Positions 1-9,802 of a DNA stretch of 64,000 nucleotides are shown here, in pieces. Location: the IMG/VR virus record IMGVR_UViG_3300035698_003810, positions 20,550 through 84,549 of that record, one strand, 5' to 3'. The DNA is from a virus. Below the pieces are notes generated by a model. That model was not told where the DNA came from. It ran no database searches and worked only from the letters and a program-made list of their open reading frames with translations. Within the stretch, counting starts at the first letter, position 1. Each line of letters starts with the position of its first letter. The translations under genes were made by a program, and so were the position numbers.

Positions 1-1
1 A

Positions 2-694
2 TTGGGTTCTGTTTATATGTCAAAGAAATTATGGCACAAAAATGGTTATCTTAGAATGGCTCCGAAATTTAGAATTGTTGATTGGGATGGTACTGGTAAA
101 CCAATTTTCGCAGCATATCAACTTGCTAAGTTTGCTCTTCCGGGAAAACAAAATGCATGGGGTGAATCACTTGAAAAGGGTAAATATGGTGAAAAAGCTG
201 CAACTGGTGGCGGTGAAAAGTTGGCATTAGCAACACAAGAAAAAATGAAAAAATTAAATAATGGTTTGAAGAATATAACAGAAGGTGGGATGTTTGAAAG
301 CGTTGCTGGATTGCTTGGTAACAGTGTTGAGTCGCTTACAAGGGCTGTAACTAATCGTGCAAGTACAGTCAACACAAATGTAATTGAAGATGCGCATGAT
401 TATATAACATTAAAAAATGCACCACCTCCAGTGATGATTCAAATTGGTCAATTTTTTTATCATCCTGATATGATTATTACAAATGTTAATTTTGATTTCT
501 CATTGGACATGAGTGAAATGGGGCCGTTGTATGTTGACATTACTTTGGAGTTGTCATCACGAAAAATAATGAGTGGTATTGATGATATTGGATTTACACA
601 AAAGACAGGTTTTAGTAGAGGTACAATTGATAATACACCACAAATAGGGGAACTAAATCAAGAGCAATTACAAACTATAGCAGGTGTGGGATAG
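2..694 (+). CDS. Baseplate/tail-tube initiator-like protein (5' partial)
   Basis: ORF open at window edge; PPPVMIQIG...DMIITNVNFDFS...PLYVDITLEL resembles T4 gp48/gp54-type tube-fold proteins; directly upstream of gp53-like gene. Confidence 0.55.
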   Translation: MGSVYMSKKLWHKNGYLRMAPKFRIVDWDGTGKPIFAAYQLAKFALPGKQNAWGESLEKGKYGEKAATGGGEKLALATQEKMKKLNNGLKNITEGGMFESVAGLLGNSVESLTRAVTNRASTVNTNVIEDAHDYITLKNAPPPVMIQIGQFFYHPDMIITNVNFDFSLDMSEMGPLYVDITLELSSRKIMSGIDDIGFTQKTGFSRGTIDNTPQIGELNQEQLQTIAGVG

Positions 695-703
695 GAATAA
701 ATT

Positions 704-1039
704 ATGATTAATAAATATAGTAGACAGAACTTTGTGCCGACGGTATCAGCCGGAGATTATTTAGAAAAGGATTTAATTCTTAACAATTGGGATTTGTTTG
801 AAATAAACAGACCAATTAGATTTGATACTATACACAGACAAGATTTACAAAGACCAGATTTATTATCATTGAGAGTGTATTCAAAAATGAGTTATTTCTG
901 GATATTGCTTAAAGTAAATATGATTGACAGTGTGTGGAATGATATGGAAATTGGTCAAGATATAATAGTACCAGATGTTGAAGATATTGTTGATTTTGTT
1001 TTGGCTGTTAAAAAAAGAATAAGAGCTTTAAATACATAA
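704..1039 (+). CDS. Baseplate wedge protein, T4 gp53-like (LysM-like)
   Basis: RPDLLSLRVY...YFWILLKVN...GQDIIVP motif typical of gp53/tail-X LysM; synteny. Confidence 0.75.
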   Translation: MINKYSRQNFVPTVSAGDYLEKDLILNNWDLFEINRPIRFDTIHRQDLQRPDLLSLRVYSKMSYFWILLKVNMIDSVWNDMEIGQDIIVPDVEDIVDFVLAVKKRIRALNT

Positions 1040-1049
1040 GGGATAATAT

Positions 1050-2264
1050 ATGTCAATACCAGCACAACATTTTTATTTAAGTTTACGATTGAAAAACAAA
1101 AGCTCAGTAAACACCGGAGTTACTGATATAATTATACCTCGTGAAAATATAGAATCGTTGACAATAACAGAAGACATTCTTTCAGTATTGCCAAAGATTG
1201 AATGTGTTATGCATGATGTTGGTAGTTTTGTTGATAGATATGTATTTCTTGATGATGATATTGTTAGTGTTATTATATCTCAAGATGAGGAAATTGAACC
1301 AACAATCGATATGGAATTTGTAGTTAGTGATTATGTTTTTGAATCAGATAATCAAACAAATAATTCTAATACAGTTAAATTCATTGGGTATATGTCGGCA
1401 AAACAATTATTTGTTCCATATAGAAATAGAAGTTTCAATGATAATAGTGAAGATATATTAAAAAAAATTGCAAAAGAAACTGAAATTAAATTTGACAATC
1501 CTCATAATATTACTCCGAGTGATAAAATGATATGGTATCAAAATCAGAACAATTATAATTTTATAAAACATATGTTGAAACGAGGATTTATTGCAGATGA
1601 TGCCTTGTTCTTTTATGCAAACACTAAAAATAAATTTGTATATACATCACTAAAAGTAGAGATGGAAAAGGAACTTAATTTTAAAGCAACATACAATTCG
1701 AATCGTGTTTATAATTATTTATTATTAAGTGATGAGAATGATAAAATGTTTTTTAATTCTTATGATGTTATGAACTTGACAGGTGTATTTAATAAGATGA
1801 GTAATTATTCTGCAACATTTGGATACTATAATTTGAAGGGTAAGTACATCGGTGGTACGGTGGATAAAATTACTAAGATGACAGATTTGTATAATAAAAG
1901 TAAAGACTATGATGGCAAACCATCAATATTTTGTAATGTAGGAATGTTTGGAAATAATAATGTCTTTGAAGAATTCCCAAGGGGTATTGTTCAGAATATG
2001 TTTATGAAATATAATTTATTCACAACAACACTTCTTCTAAATATTAATTCAATGACTAATGTAAAATTGTTTGATAAAGTCAATGTTGGTATTCCAGAAA
2101 TTCTTGACGATAAGGAATCATTCAATGAGGCATATTCTGGAAATTATCTTGTCGGAGCAATAACTCATAACATAACACAAGATGGTGTTTATCAAAAGAA
2201 AACATTGTTATGTAGAAATGGAATAAATAAATCAGATGATTTGAAAGATTATAATGTTAATTAG
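1050..2264 (+). CDS. Baseplate hub protein (gp27/GpD-like)
   Basis: 404 aa between gp53-like and gp5-like genes; C-terminal YSGNYLVGAITHNI is a typical hub-protein ending. Confidence 0.65.
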   Translation: MSIPAQHFYLSLRLKNKSSVNTGVTDIIIPRENIESLTITEDILSVLPKIECVMHDVGSFVDRYVFLDDDIVSVIISQDEEIEPTIDMEFVVSDYVFESDNQTNNSNTVKFIGYMSAKQLFVPYRNRSFNDNSEDILKKIAKETEIKFDNPHNITPSDKMIWYQNQNNYNFIKHMLKRGFIADDALFFYANTKNKFVYTSLKVEMEKELNFKATYNSNRVYNYLLLSDENDKMFFNSYDVMNLTGVFNKMSNYSATFGYYNLKGKYIGGTVDKITKMTDLYNKSKDYDGKPSIFCNVGMFGNNNVFEEFPRGIVQNMFMKYNLFTTTLLLNINSMTNVKLFDKVNVGIPEILDDKESFNEAYSGNYLVGAITHNITQDGVYQKKTLLCRNGINKSDDLKDYNVN

Positions 2265-2272
2265 GAGATGGT

Positions 2273-2989
2273 ATGCATAAAAATAATGAAAGTATAAAAG
2301 CAATGTTGTCACAAGATATTACTGATTCATTAAATGATTTTTTAAATGATGATGAGTATGAAGGTAAATATGAAGGGAATTTTACTGGAATTATTGTTGA
2401 CAATAAAGACCCGGACAAAGTTGGAAAATGTAAAATAAGAGTGTTTGGTGTTCATGGTGATGACATTCAGGATAAGGATTTGCCGTGGGCATTTCCAGAT
2501 TTTAATTTCAGGGGTGGGTTGAAAGGTTCATTCATTGTTCCTCCGGTTGACTGTTTTGTCAATGTATATTTTGAACGTGGTGAAATTTATATTCCAAGAT
2601 ACTCAAATAAAGTTATTGATGAAAATAGTTTACCAACTAATAAAGATACTGATTATCCTGACAACATGGTGTTCTTTGAAACTGACAACGGTGATAAGTT
2701 TGAGATTAACAGAAAGAAAAAGACAACAATGTTTGAACATGCAAGTGGAACAAAGATTACACATACAATGAAGGAAACTGAATTTGAACATCATTCAGGT
2801 GCAAAGATTACAATTGATACTTTGGGGAATGTGACAATAGATTCTCCTTTGACAATAAAAACAAAACATGGTTTATTTTTAGAAGACACTGGAAGTACTG
2901 TAGTGCCAACTGGTTTGGGGCCATATTGCGCTCTTCCTGTTTGTGCAGTAACAGGTGTCACACAAACCGGAAACCGATGTACTCCATAA
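2273..2989 (+). CDS. Baseplate central spike, gp5/VgrG OB-fold plus short beta-helix
   Basis: GIIVDNKDPDKVGKCKIRVFGVH...LPWA...PPVDCFVNVYFERGE OB-fold motif; EHASGTKI/EHHSGAKI repeats. Confidence 0.85.
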   Translation: MHKNNESIKAMLSQDITDSLNDFLNDDEYEGKYEGNFTGIIVDNKDPDKVGKCKIRVFGVHGDDIQDKDLPWAFPDFNFRGGLKGSFIVPPVDCFVNVYFERGEIYIPRYSNKVIDENSLPTNKDTDYPDNMVFFETDNGDKFEINRKKKTTMFEHASGTKITHTMKETEFEHHSGAKITIDTLGNVTIDSPLTIKTKHGLFLEDTGSTVVPTGLGPYCALPVCAVTGVTQTGNRCTP

Positions 2990-3002
2990 AAGGATTTGAA
3001 TA

Positions 3003-3497
3003 ATGGCAATTAAAAGTAATACAGACGGGTTGAAAACAAAAATTGTTAATGCATTAAAAAAAGCAAAAATTAATGTACCAGTTAGTGCCGACCCTGATAC
3101 AGGTAAAGTTAAGTATGATGATGTTCCTTTTATCAGTACGAAAAAAGAAGGGAAGGTTGTAAATATTAAAGATGCAACTAAACCATTATATGGTGAAAAT
3201 TATTCATTAGATAAAGAAACTGGCATAGAGAAGATTGCAGAAGCAATTGCTAATGAGGTATTGAGTTATATTGCCGAACATGCAGAGGTCAATATGAAAG
3301 AAAGAATGGATGCTCTTGAGAGTGATTATAATGCCCTTATAATTTCTTTACAAAGTGGTGGGGCAAGTTTGTCTGTTGCACCACTCACACCTGTTGGTGC
3401 TGTTTTAACGGCTGCTGCCAGTGCAGGTGGGACTCCGGCAAGGGTTGGTATATCAAATACACTTAAAGCAACAAATGAAATAACTGACATAGGATAA
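3003..3497 (+). CDS. Hypothetical baseplate-region protein
   Basis: 164-aa ORF with AAGGA RBS between spike and gp25-like genes. Confidence 0.5.
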   Translation: MAIKSNTDGLKTKIVNALKKAKINVPVSADPDTGKVKYDDVPFISTKKEGKVVNIKDATKPLYGENYSLDKETGIEKIAEAIANEVLSYIAEHAEVNMKERMDALESDYNALIISLQSGGASLSVAPLTPVGAVLTAAASAGGTPARVGISNTLKATNEITDIG

Positions 3498-3501
3498 TTT
3501 A

Positions 3502-3509
3502 TATAAATA
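3502..3509 (+). promoter_or_regulatory. T4-type late promoter TATAAATA
   Basis: Exact T4 gp55 late consensus in the intergenic gap before the gp25-like gene. Confidence 0.7.
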
Positions 3510-3526
3510 TACATAAAGGTGTTGTT

Positions 3527-3919
3527 ATGAATTTCGAAAAAATTAAAAAGTATGCTGATGATTGGGCTTATGATTTAGAAATCCAATTAAGAAAGAGTGG
3601 TGAAATAAAAAATGTTAATGTTATCAACCAAAGTATTGAGTTGATATTAATGACATTACCGGGTGAACGATTATTTAATCCATCATTTGGTTCTTATTTT
3701 CAATTAAGACTTTTTGATGTGATAACTGAGGATTTTCTGGAAAAATTAATTGATGATACTGTTGTTGCTATACAGAGATGGGAAGATAGAATAACAATCA
3801 TAGAACCGGAAGTTAGATTACGGGTTTCTCCTGATGCTAACCAAGCATACATTTCTATACCATATGTTATCAAAGAAAGACAACTGAAGGCTTCTTTTCA
3901 AAGAAAAATTACACAATAA
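3527..3919 (+). CDS. Baseplate wedge subunit gp25-like
   Basis: INQSIELILMTLPGERLFNPSFGS...IQRWEDRI, GPW/gp25 family motif. Confidence 0.9.
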   Translation: MNFEKIKKYADDWAYDLEIQLRKSGEIKNVNVINQSIELILMTLPGERLFNPSFGSYFQLRLFDVITEDFLEKLIDDTVVAIQRWEDRITIIEPEVRLRVSPDANQAYISIPYVIKERQLKASFQRKITQ

Positions 3920-3931
3920 GGGATTGATATA

Positions 3932-6781
3932 ATGGCTGAGAATTTTTTAAAATATACTGAGTTGACATACGATACAATTGATGCTCAAATAAGAGATAAG
4001 ATTAATGCTGATACGAGATTTGATAATCCTCGTGAGTCTGCTATATTTCAAACAATAACAGAAATATTTTCTGGTACGGCAGATTTAGTTAATTATTATA
4101 TTCAACGTAGAGCAGAAGAATGTTATTTTGATACCGCACAATTAAAATCATCAATCATTCTCCTTGCACGTCAATTAGGTTATGTGGTAACACGCCCTCA
4201 ACCGGCAAAGGCCAAACTTAAAATTGTTTTAGATGGTGATTTTACTGGCGTATTTGATACAACAACAGGAGCGGACAATAAAATTCAATTACCATACTAT
4301 TCTAAATTTTCTCACGGTGGAAATGATTTTGTTTTGATTGACACATTTACATATAATGTATCGGATGCGCTTGTTACTGAAATGATTGCCAGTGCTGGTG
4401 AATTTGAAAAGAATATAACTAAAGATTCATTTGGAAATGACATTACAATCGCACAGGGAACTATTAGAGAGAAGACTGTTATTGGTAATAGTAATGTACA
4501 AGTGGGTAGTAATTTCCAATCATATAAATTTGAGGATAGAGAATTTTCAAATGTTTATGGATATGAGGATTATTTCTTTAATGATGTTACACAAGTGTAT
4601 GTTGGTAATACAAAAGATGCAACAACAAAATTTCAAATTGATAGACGTTCATTGATTAATTGGGAATCATTAGAAAGTAATGATTTGTCAACAGCATCGA
4701 AGGTGTGTCTTATTAGAACAACACCGGATGAATATGTTGAACTTATTTTTGGTGATGGTGCATTTGCAGCCAAAGGTGCATTAACACGAGAAGATAACAT
4801 ATATCTTCAATACTTGGCAACTGATGCTAAAGACGCAAATAAAGTTGGTGTTATTGATGAGAAAGTAAATTTCTCTGGTAAAGTATTTACAAACACTGGT
4901 GTTGAAGTTACAGATATAGTTAAATTTAAATTAAATTCAAACATTACTGGTGGTGCTGACATAGAAAGTAATGATAGTATTAAATTTTCTGCACCACAGA
5001 TTTATTATTCATTGGATAGATTGGTTACAAAATCAGATTATATAAACTATCTGAAGAGCCTTAAATCGCCTATCGATGTTCAGAATGCCATTGCATGGGG
5101 TGAACAGGAAGAACGCGACCTTGCGGGCGTATTTGCTGATATAAAGATGTTTAATGTGTCTCTCTTCTCTGTAGTAGGTAGTCTTTACAATTTGGATGGT
5201 AATATCTATACAGTAAGAACACGATATACAGGTCTTAATGAATCAGTTCTTGATTTAGATTATGACCCGTATTCGATTCACGTACAAAGTTATTTTAATG
5301 TATACACACGTCAAGCGATTGCTCATCAATTGAAAAAGTATGAAGTGTTGTATTATTATAAACGATTGGTTGGTGGTCAACCGTTAAGTGCATCTCCGGC
5401 ATATTACAGAGATGGTTATGGTGATAATGGTATTTTTAATTTTCATTATGCATCGGATATTGTTGCTAATGCAAGTAATATTTCAACATCTGGAACGGTT
5501 ACAGTAGACTTTTCATCATTGACAAACGCATCAACAATGAGTGATGTTGCAGGAAAAATTAATGATGAGATTGCATCATTCAATGATGTTAGAGCAAATA
5601 CATTTGATAATGCTAATTATAATGCTGTTGCATTTGATAATGGAAGTGATGCTATTGTTGGGTGGGATAATACAAATGAACGATTTGTATTTACATTTGG
5701 TGTAGATTCTCAGAATTATATAACATCTGCGTTTGACCCATTGGCAGGTGATTTAAATTTATCACAAACAATTGATACTATTGCCAGTTTAGAAAGTGAA
5801 GAGATGAGTGGAGATATAACTGAGGTTATAGGAAATTTAGATACAAGAGCACAAATGAATATTAAAAATATTTATGTCTCTCCTATCATTCATAATTTTA
5901 ATCTTGAAGGTACTGTATATGCTAAACCATTATATGATAAGGAAGCATTAAGAACTGAGATTAATAATTCTATTTACAGTTGGTTGAATATAAATGCAGA
6001 TTATAATGAACCAATAAGAATATCAAATATTATTGAGATAATAGAAAGACACCCGGGTATTGTTCATGCTAATTTAAAAATCACACCGGAAGATATAACT
6101 GCTGGTGTTAATAATAAAAATAATAAATATTATTATGGATGGCAAGACCAAACAGTAAATCCATATGGTGGAGAAATCGGAACTATAATTCTTTTATATT
6201 TACATAATTTTTTAAATAACACAAGTACATTCAAATCTATTGATGAAGTTAGAACATTTTATAATATGGGAACGGTTACATTATTATGGAACGGACTTCC
6301 AATACAAATACCAGTTGGTGAAGCATACACATTGGAAAATAAAAAATACTATTTACACAATTATATAAATGAAAGAAATTTCATGAATAAATTTTTAAAA
6401 GATTTATTTGATTTTTTGTTAAATAAAGCAGAAACTCAACCAAATCCTGCGGTTGGTCAAGACGCGAATGGTTATACATATATGAGTGTTAATGGTTCAA
6501 TTGTAGTTAACTATAGAAGATTTATTGGATATAATAGTTCACAAAGTTTATTCAATTCATTTAATAGATTTTATGCTGTGACAGCAGATAGTGATTTTAT
6601 AAAATCAGTAACAAAAATTCATAAGGACTTATCTTACATTATAAAATTAAATATGATTGACAGTCATGGAAATATTGATGTTGAATATGATGATGAAGAT
6701 AATTTTGTACGAGGTGGGTATTCTCTTGGTTCTGAAATTGTGAAACTGAATTTACAACCACTTAAATATGAATACAAATAA
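3932..6781 (+). CDS. Baseplate wedge protein gp6-like (baseplate J family), extended
   Basis: ECYFDTAQLKSSIILLARQLGY, ELIFGDG, GGADIES...RLVTKSDY motifs of T4 gp6. Confidence 0.88.
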   Translation: MAENFLKYTELTYDTIDAQIRDKINADTRFDNPRESAIFQTITEIFSGTADLVNYYIQRRAEECYFDTAQLKSSIILLARQLGYVVTRPQPAKAKLKIVLDGDFTGVFDTTTGADNKIQLPYYSKFSHGGNDFVLIDTFTYNVSDALVTEMIASAGEFEKNITKDSFGNDITIAQGTIREKTVIGNSNVQVGSNFQSYKFEDREFSNVYGYEDYFFNDVTQVYVGNTKDATTKFQIDRRSLINWESLESNDLSTASKVCLIRTTPDEYVELIFGDGAFAAKGALTREDNIYLQYLATDAKDANKVGVIDEKVNFSGKVFTNTGVEVTDIVKFKLNSNITGGADIESNDSIKFSAPQIYYSLDRLVTKSDYINYLKSLKSPIDVQNAIAWGEQEERDLAGVFADIKMFNVSLFSVVGSLYNLDGNIYTVRTRYTGLNESVLDLDYDPYSIHVQSYFNVYTRQAIAHQLKKYEVLYYYKRLVGGQPLSASPAYYRDGYGDNGIFNFHYASDIVANASNISTSGTVTVDFSSLTNASTMSDVAGKINDEIASFNDVRANTFDNANYNAVAFDNGSDAIVGWDNTNERFVFTFGVDSQNYITSAFDPLAGDLNLSQTIDTIASLESEEMSGDITEVIGNLDTRAQMNIKNIYVSPIIHNFNLEGTVYAKPLYDKEALRTEINNSIYSWLNINADYNEPIRISNIIEIIERHPGIVHANLKITPEDITAGVNNKNNKYYYGWQDQTVNPYGGEIGTIILLYLHNFLNNTSTFKSIDEVRTFYNMGTVTLLWNGLPIQIPVGEAYTLENKKYYLHNYINERNFMNKFLKDLFDFLLNKAETQPNPAVGQDANGYTYMSVNGSIVVNYRRFIGYNSSQSLFNSFNRFYAVTADSDFIKSVTKIHKDLSYIIKLNMIDSHGNIDVEYDDEDNFVRGGYSLGSEIVKLNLQPLKYEYK

Positions 6782-6793
6782 TTGGAGTTATAA

Positions 6794-9790
6794 ATGGCAA
6801 TAGATTTTATAAACATATATGTTGATTTGGAACGGGCAACGGATGCATCTGGTATCACCGATTCATTGGGATTTATCCAATGTAACAGTGATAGTCCTGC
6901 GGGTACAACAACAAACCCATTGACTCTGGAACAATTCAGAACATATTTAAAATATAATCATGTTAGAAAAACTCAAAACTTTTTTCTTAAAGGTAAAGTT
7001 GTTATTAATTTTTCTACAGGTGAACATAAAAATTCACATTTAAATACTGGTGTTTTATTTGAAACACCACATCATGGTGGAGATATACAAATAACAAATT
7101 GGGTAAATCCTGTGGATGATTTAGATTATCCTTGGAGTGTTATTGTGAGTGCATCTGAAGATGAAATTGATTATTGTAGTGTTATTACGAATAATGATAA
7201 TGTTGAATTTAAAAATGGTGAAATAGAAATCACAGATACATATAAAAGACTTCAATTTGGAACATATTATAATGGTTTTGATGAAGATTTAGATAATGAT
7301 AATAATACGTTAGCACTTGCCAATATGAAATTATACACAGAGGCTCTGGCAGATTTGTATGGCTATTGGTCATTAACATTTGCAAATTACAAATCATTAA
7401 TTGTTGTTGGTTCTATTTTAAGTAATAAAACATTAATTGGTAGTATTATTGTAGAAAATAATTTCACCAATGATATGATTTGTTATTTTATCAATGATGT
7501 GTTTTATAATTTTAAATATATGATTGGTAATCCTGTTGATGATAATACACCTAAAATAAATGCAAAGGTAAAACAATCATCATTTACAAGTTCATTGAGT
7601 ACGTTTTCTACAATAAATATACCTAAATGGATGTATAATATTTTTGATTTGGAAGATATGGTTGAAACTAACAATATTCAATTTGATTGGGGTGGAGCGA
7701 GTGCATGTGAAGAATCATTTGTAAATTTAAGTCAATCGGCAAACTTTAATTATTTAGACCCGGAGGGTTGGGTTGATATATCTGTATCAGGTGTGATGAA
7801 CACACGTAATTATGATGGTGTTATTACAAAAGAATATGCCACACCACAACTAACTACGTTTACAAAAGTTAGAGATGGTATAGGTGCATTGACATTTGGT
7901 TTGATGACTACACCATATATATCAGCAACAATGGATGGGACATTAGCAACGGTTGGTGATTTGAGTGGTTCTGTTTACGATTCTTTATATTTACCATCTT
8001 ATTATAAGTGGTATTGGGGTGAATTATATGGAGATTTTAATGTAGAATTAACATCAGCAACTGATGAATTTAGTGCAACACATGATTATTTAAGTCCGGG
8101 AAGTCATATTATTAATGTTGGTGCTATTTCTCATAATAATTGGTATGATATAGGGTCATCTATATCTGTTAGTGTATTATTTACGTCGGCAAGTTACGAT
8201 TATATATTGTTAAGAACATCGGCTTCATGTTTTGATGGTAACACCGATATACAATCATATGAAATTATACAAGGAAATAATGTTTTATCGGCATATACAT
8301 TTGATGATATCATAGTGTCAGCGGTAAATACAAGTCCATATGATAATAATACTAAAATTTATAAATATGCTGGTGTTGATTGGAATGAGGGTTTAGGGTT
8401 TATTCAGTTATATTATTGGGAAGATACAGTTATTGGAGATTTTGTGTACCCGGATGGATATTTTGTAGAAAAAAATAAATACATATCTTCTGGACATCAT
8501 CACGTATATTTTGGAACAAGATTGGATGATGATACTTTGAGTGGGTCATACTTACCACTTAAACTTTATGATAGACCTCAAACCACATACTATGTAGATT
8601 TGGATGAATATTATGAAACTAATGGTAATAAATGGATTTACAAACAAACTGGAATATATGATACATTTGAAAATGGTTCTATTGATACTGGGTGGAGTGT
8701 TTCATTTAAAGGTGTTTATACTGTAGTTGATATGTGGGGAAGTAATTGTGCATCAAATGGTATTGTGGATTTAATATCAGACCCGGTGTATTGGAATTTT
8801 GATTATGAATGGGAATTTGCAAGAACAGAAAAAGATAATATTCCACATTTTCTTATAAAGTCAATATCAAATGATGTATTGAAAGTAGCGTGGGATTTTG
8901 AAAATGATGTTATACAACTATTTCATTATGGTACTCAATATAATATAAAATACAATATGTCAAAGTTGGGGTATGTGAAGGATTTGAGGTGTCCTAATTC
9001 GTTAAGATTTTTACCAATTAGAGTTGTGCATTTACCAGAAAGTGATTTTGGTGATGGGTTATTGCATATATATGTTAAGTTTGGTGATGAATGGGTTGAT
9101 TACACTGGAGTGCTCAATGGTGCAGGTATTGAAGAAGAAGATAAACGATTGTTTATGGAAGTATCTACTGACACAACAACGGGATTTAGGTATATCAAAT
9201 TACAATCACAATGTGGTCTTCCATATTTAAATGGTTCGGAAGATTTACCATTGACATATATAGAATTTTATAGAATGACTACATTTGATGATTTGGGTGA
9301 TTTTGATAATGCAATACCAACGGCAGATTATAAATCTATATTTAAAATGAAAAATTATAGAAGGGTGTTAAGACCGTATGATATATTGGAATATAAATAT
9401 TTTGAAATTGATGCATGGGATATGGCTATATATGGCCCGTGGATGTTGATGTATGATATCCATTTTAGTAATCCTATGAGGGGTACACTCACTAAGGTAT
9501 CATGGCAAAATACAAAATTGTCAAATGGTATTATTTATAATATAAAAGAAGAAACATCGGAAGGTAAATATGTCCCGAATATTGAATTATCATTTATGTA
9601 TGATATGTATATTGTGTGGAATTCTCCTTTTATATGTCCAACGTGTGATAATAATTCAATATATCATGGATTTATCAGAATAATGACAGATGAAGTTCCA
9701 AATAGACCATATAGAAGTTTATTTGTAGATAATATTGGTGGGACTATAAAATCAGAACGTGGTTTTGTAATGTACAACGAAGATGGATAA
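6794..9790 (+). CDS. Large virion structural protein (beta-helix/PKD-like)
   Basis: 998 aa; YVDL...GTTTNPL N-terminal motif repeated internally; YKWYWG...THDYLSPG PKD-like segment; baseplate context. Confidence 0.5.
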   Translation: MAIDFINIYVDLERATDASGITDSLGFIQCNSDSPAGTTTNPLTLEQFRTYLKYNHVRKTQNFFLKGKVVINFSTGEHKNSHLNTGVLFETPHHGGDIQITNWVNPVDDLDYPWSVIVSASEDEIDYCSVITNNDNVEFKNGEIEITDTYKRLQFGTYYNGFDEDLDNDNNTLALANMKLYTEALADLYGYWSLTFANYKSLIVVGSILSNKTLIGSIIVENNFTNDMICYFINDVFYNFKYMIGNPVDDNTPKINAKVKQSSFTSSLSTFSTINIPKWMYNIFDLEDMVETNNIQFDWGGASACEESFVNLSQSANFNYLDPEGWVDISVSGVMNTRNYDGVITKEYATPQLTTFTKVRDGIGALTFGLMTTPYISATMDGTLATVGDLSGSVYDSLYLPSYYKWYWGELYGDFNVELTSATDEFSATHDYLSPGSHIINVGAISHNNWYDIGSSISVSVLFTSASYDYILLRTSASCFDGNTDIQSYEIIQGNNVLSAYTFDDIIVSAVNTSPYDNNTKIYKYAGVDWNEGLGFIQLYYWEDTVIGDFVYPDGYFVEKNKYISSGHHHVYFGTRLDDDTLSGSYLPLKLYDRPQTTYYVDLDEYYETNGNKWIYKQTGIYDTFENGSIDTGWSVSFKGVYTVVDMWGSNCASNGIVDLISDPVYWNFDYEWEFARTEKDNIPHFLIKSISNDVLKVAWDFENDVIQLFHYGTQYNIKYNMSKLGYVKDLRCPNSLRFLPIRVVHLPESDFGDGLLHIYVKFGDEWVDYTGVLNGAGIEEEDKRLFMEVSTDTTTGFRYIKLQSQCGLPYLNGSEDLPLTYIEFYRMTTFDDLGDFDNAIPTADYKSIFKMKNYRRVLRPYDILEYKYFEIDAWDMAIYGPWMLMYDIHFSNPMRGTLTKVSWQNTKLSNGIIYNIKEETSEGKYVPNIELSFMYDMYIVWNSPFICPTCDNNSIYHGFIRIMTDEVPNRPYRSLFVDNIGGTIKSERGFVMYNEDG

Positions 9791-9802
9791 GAGGGGAAAT
9801 AA

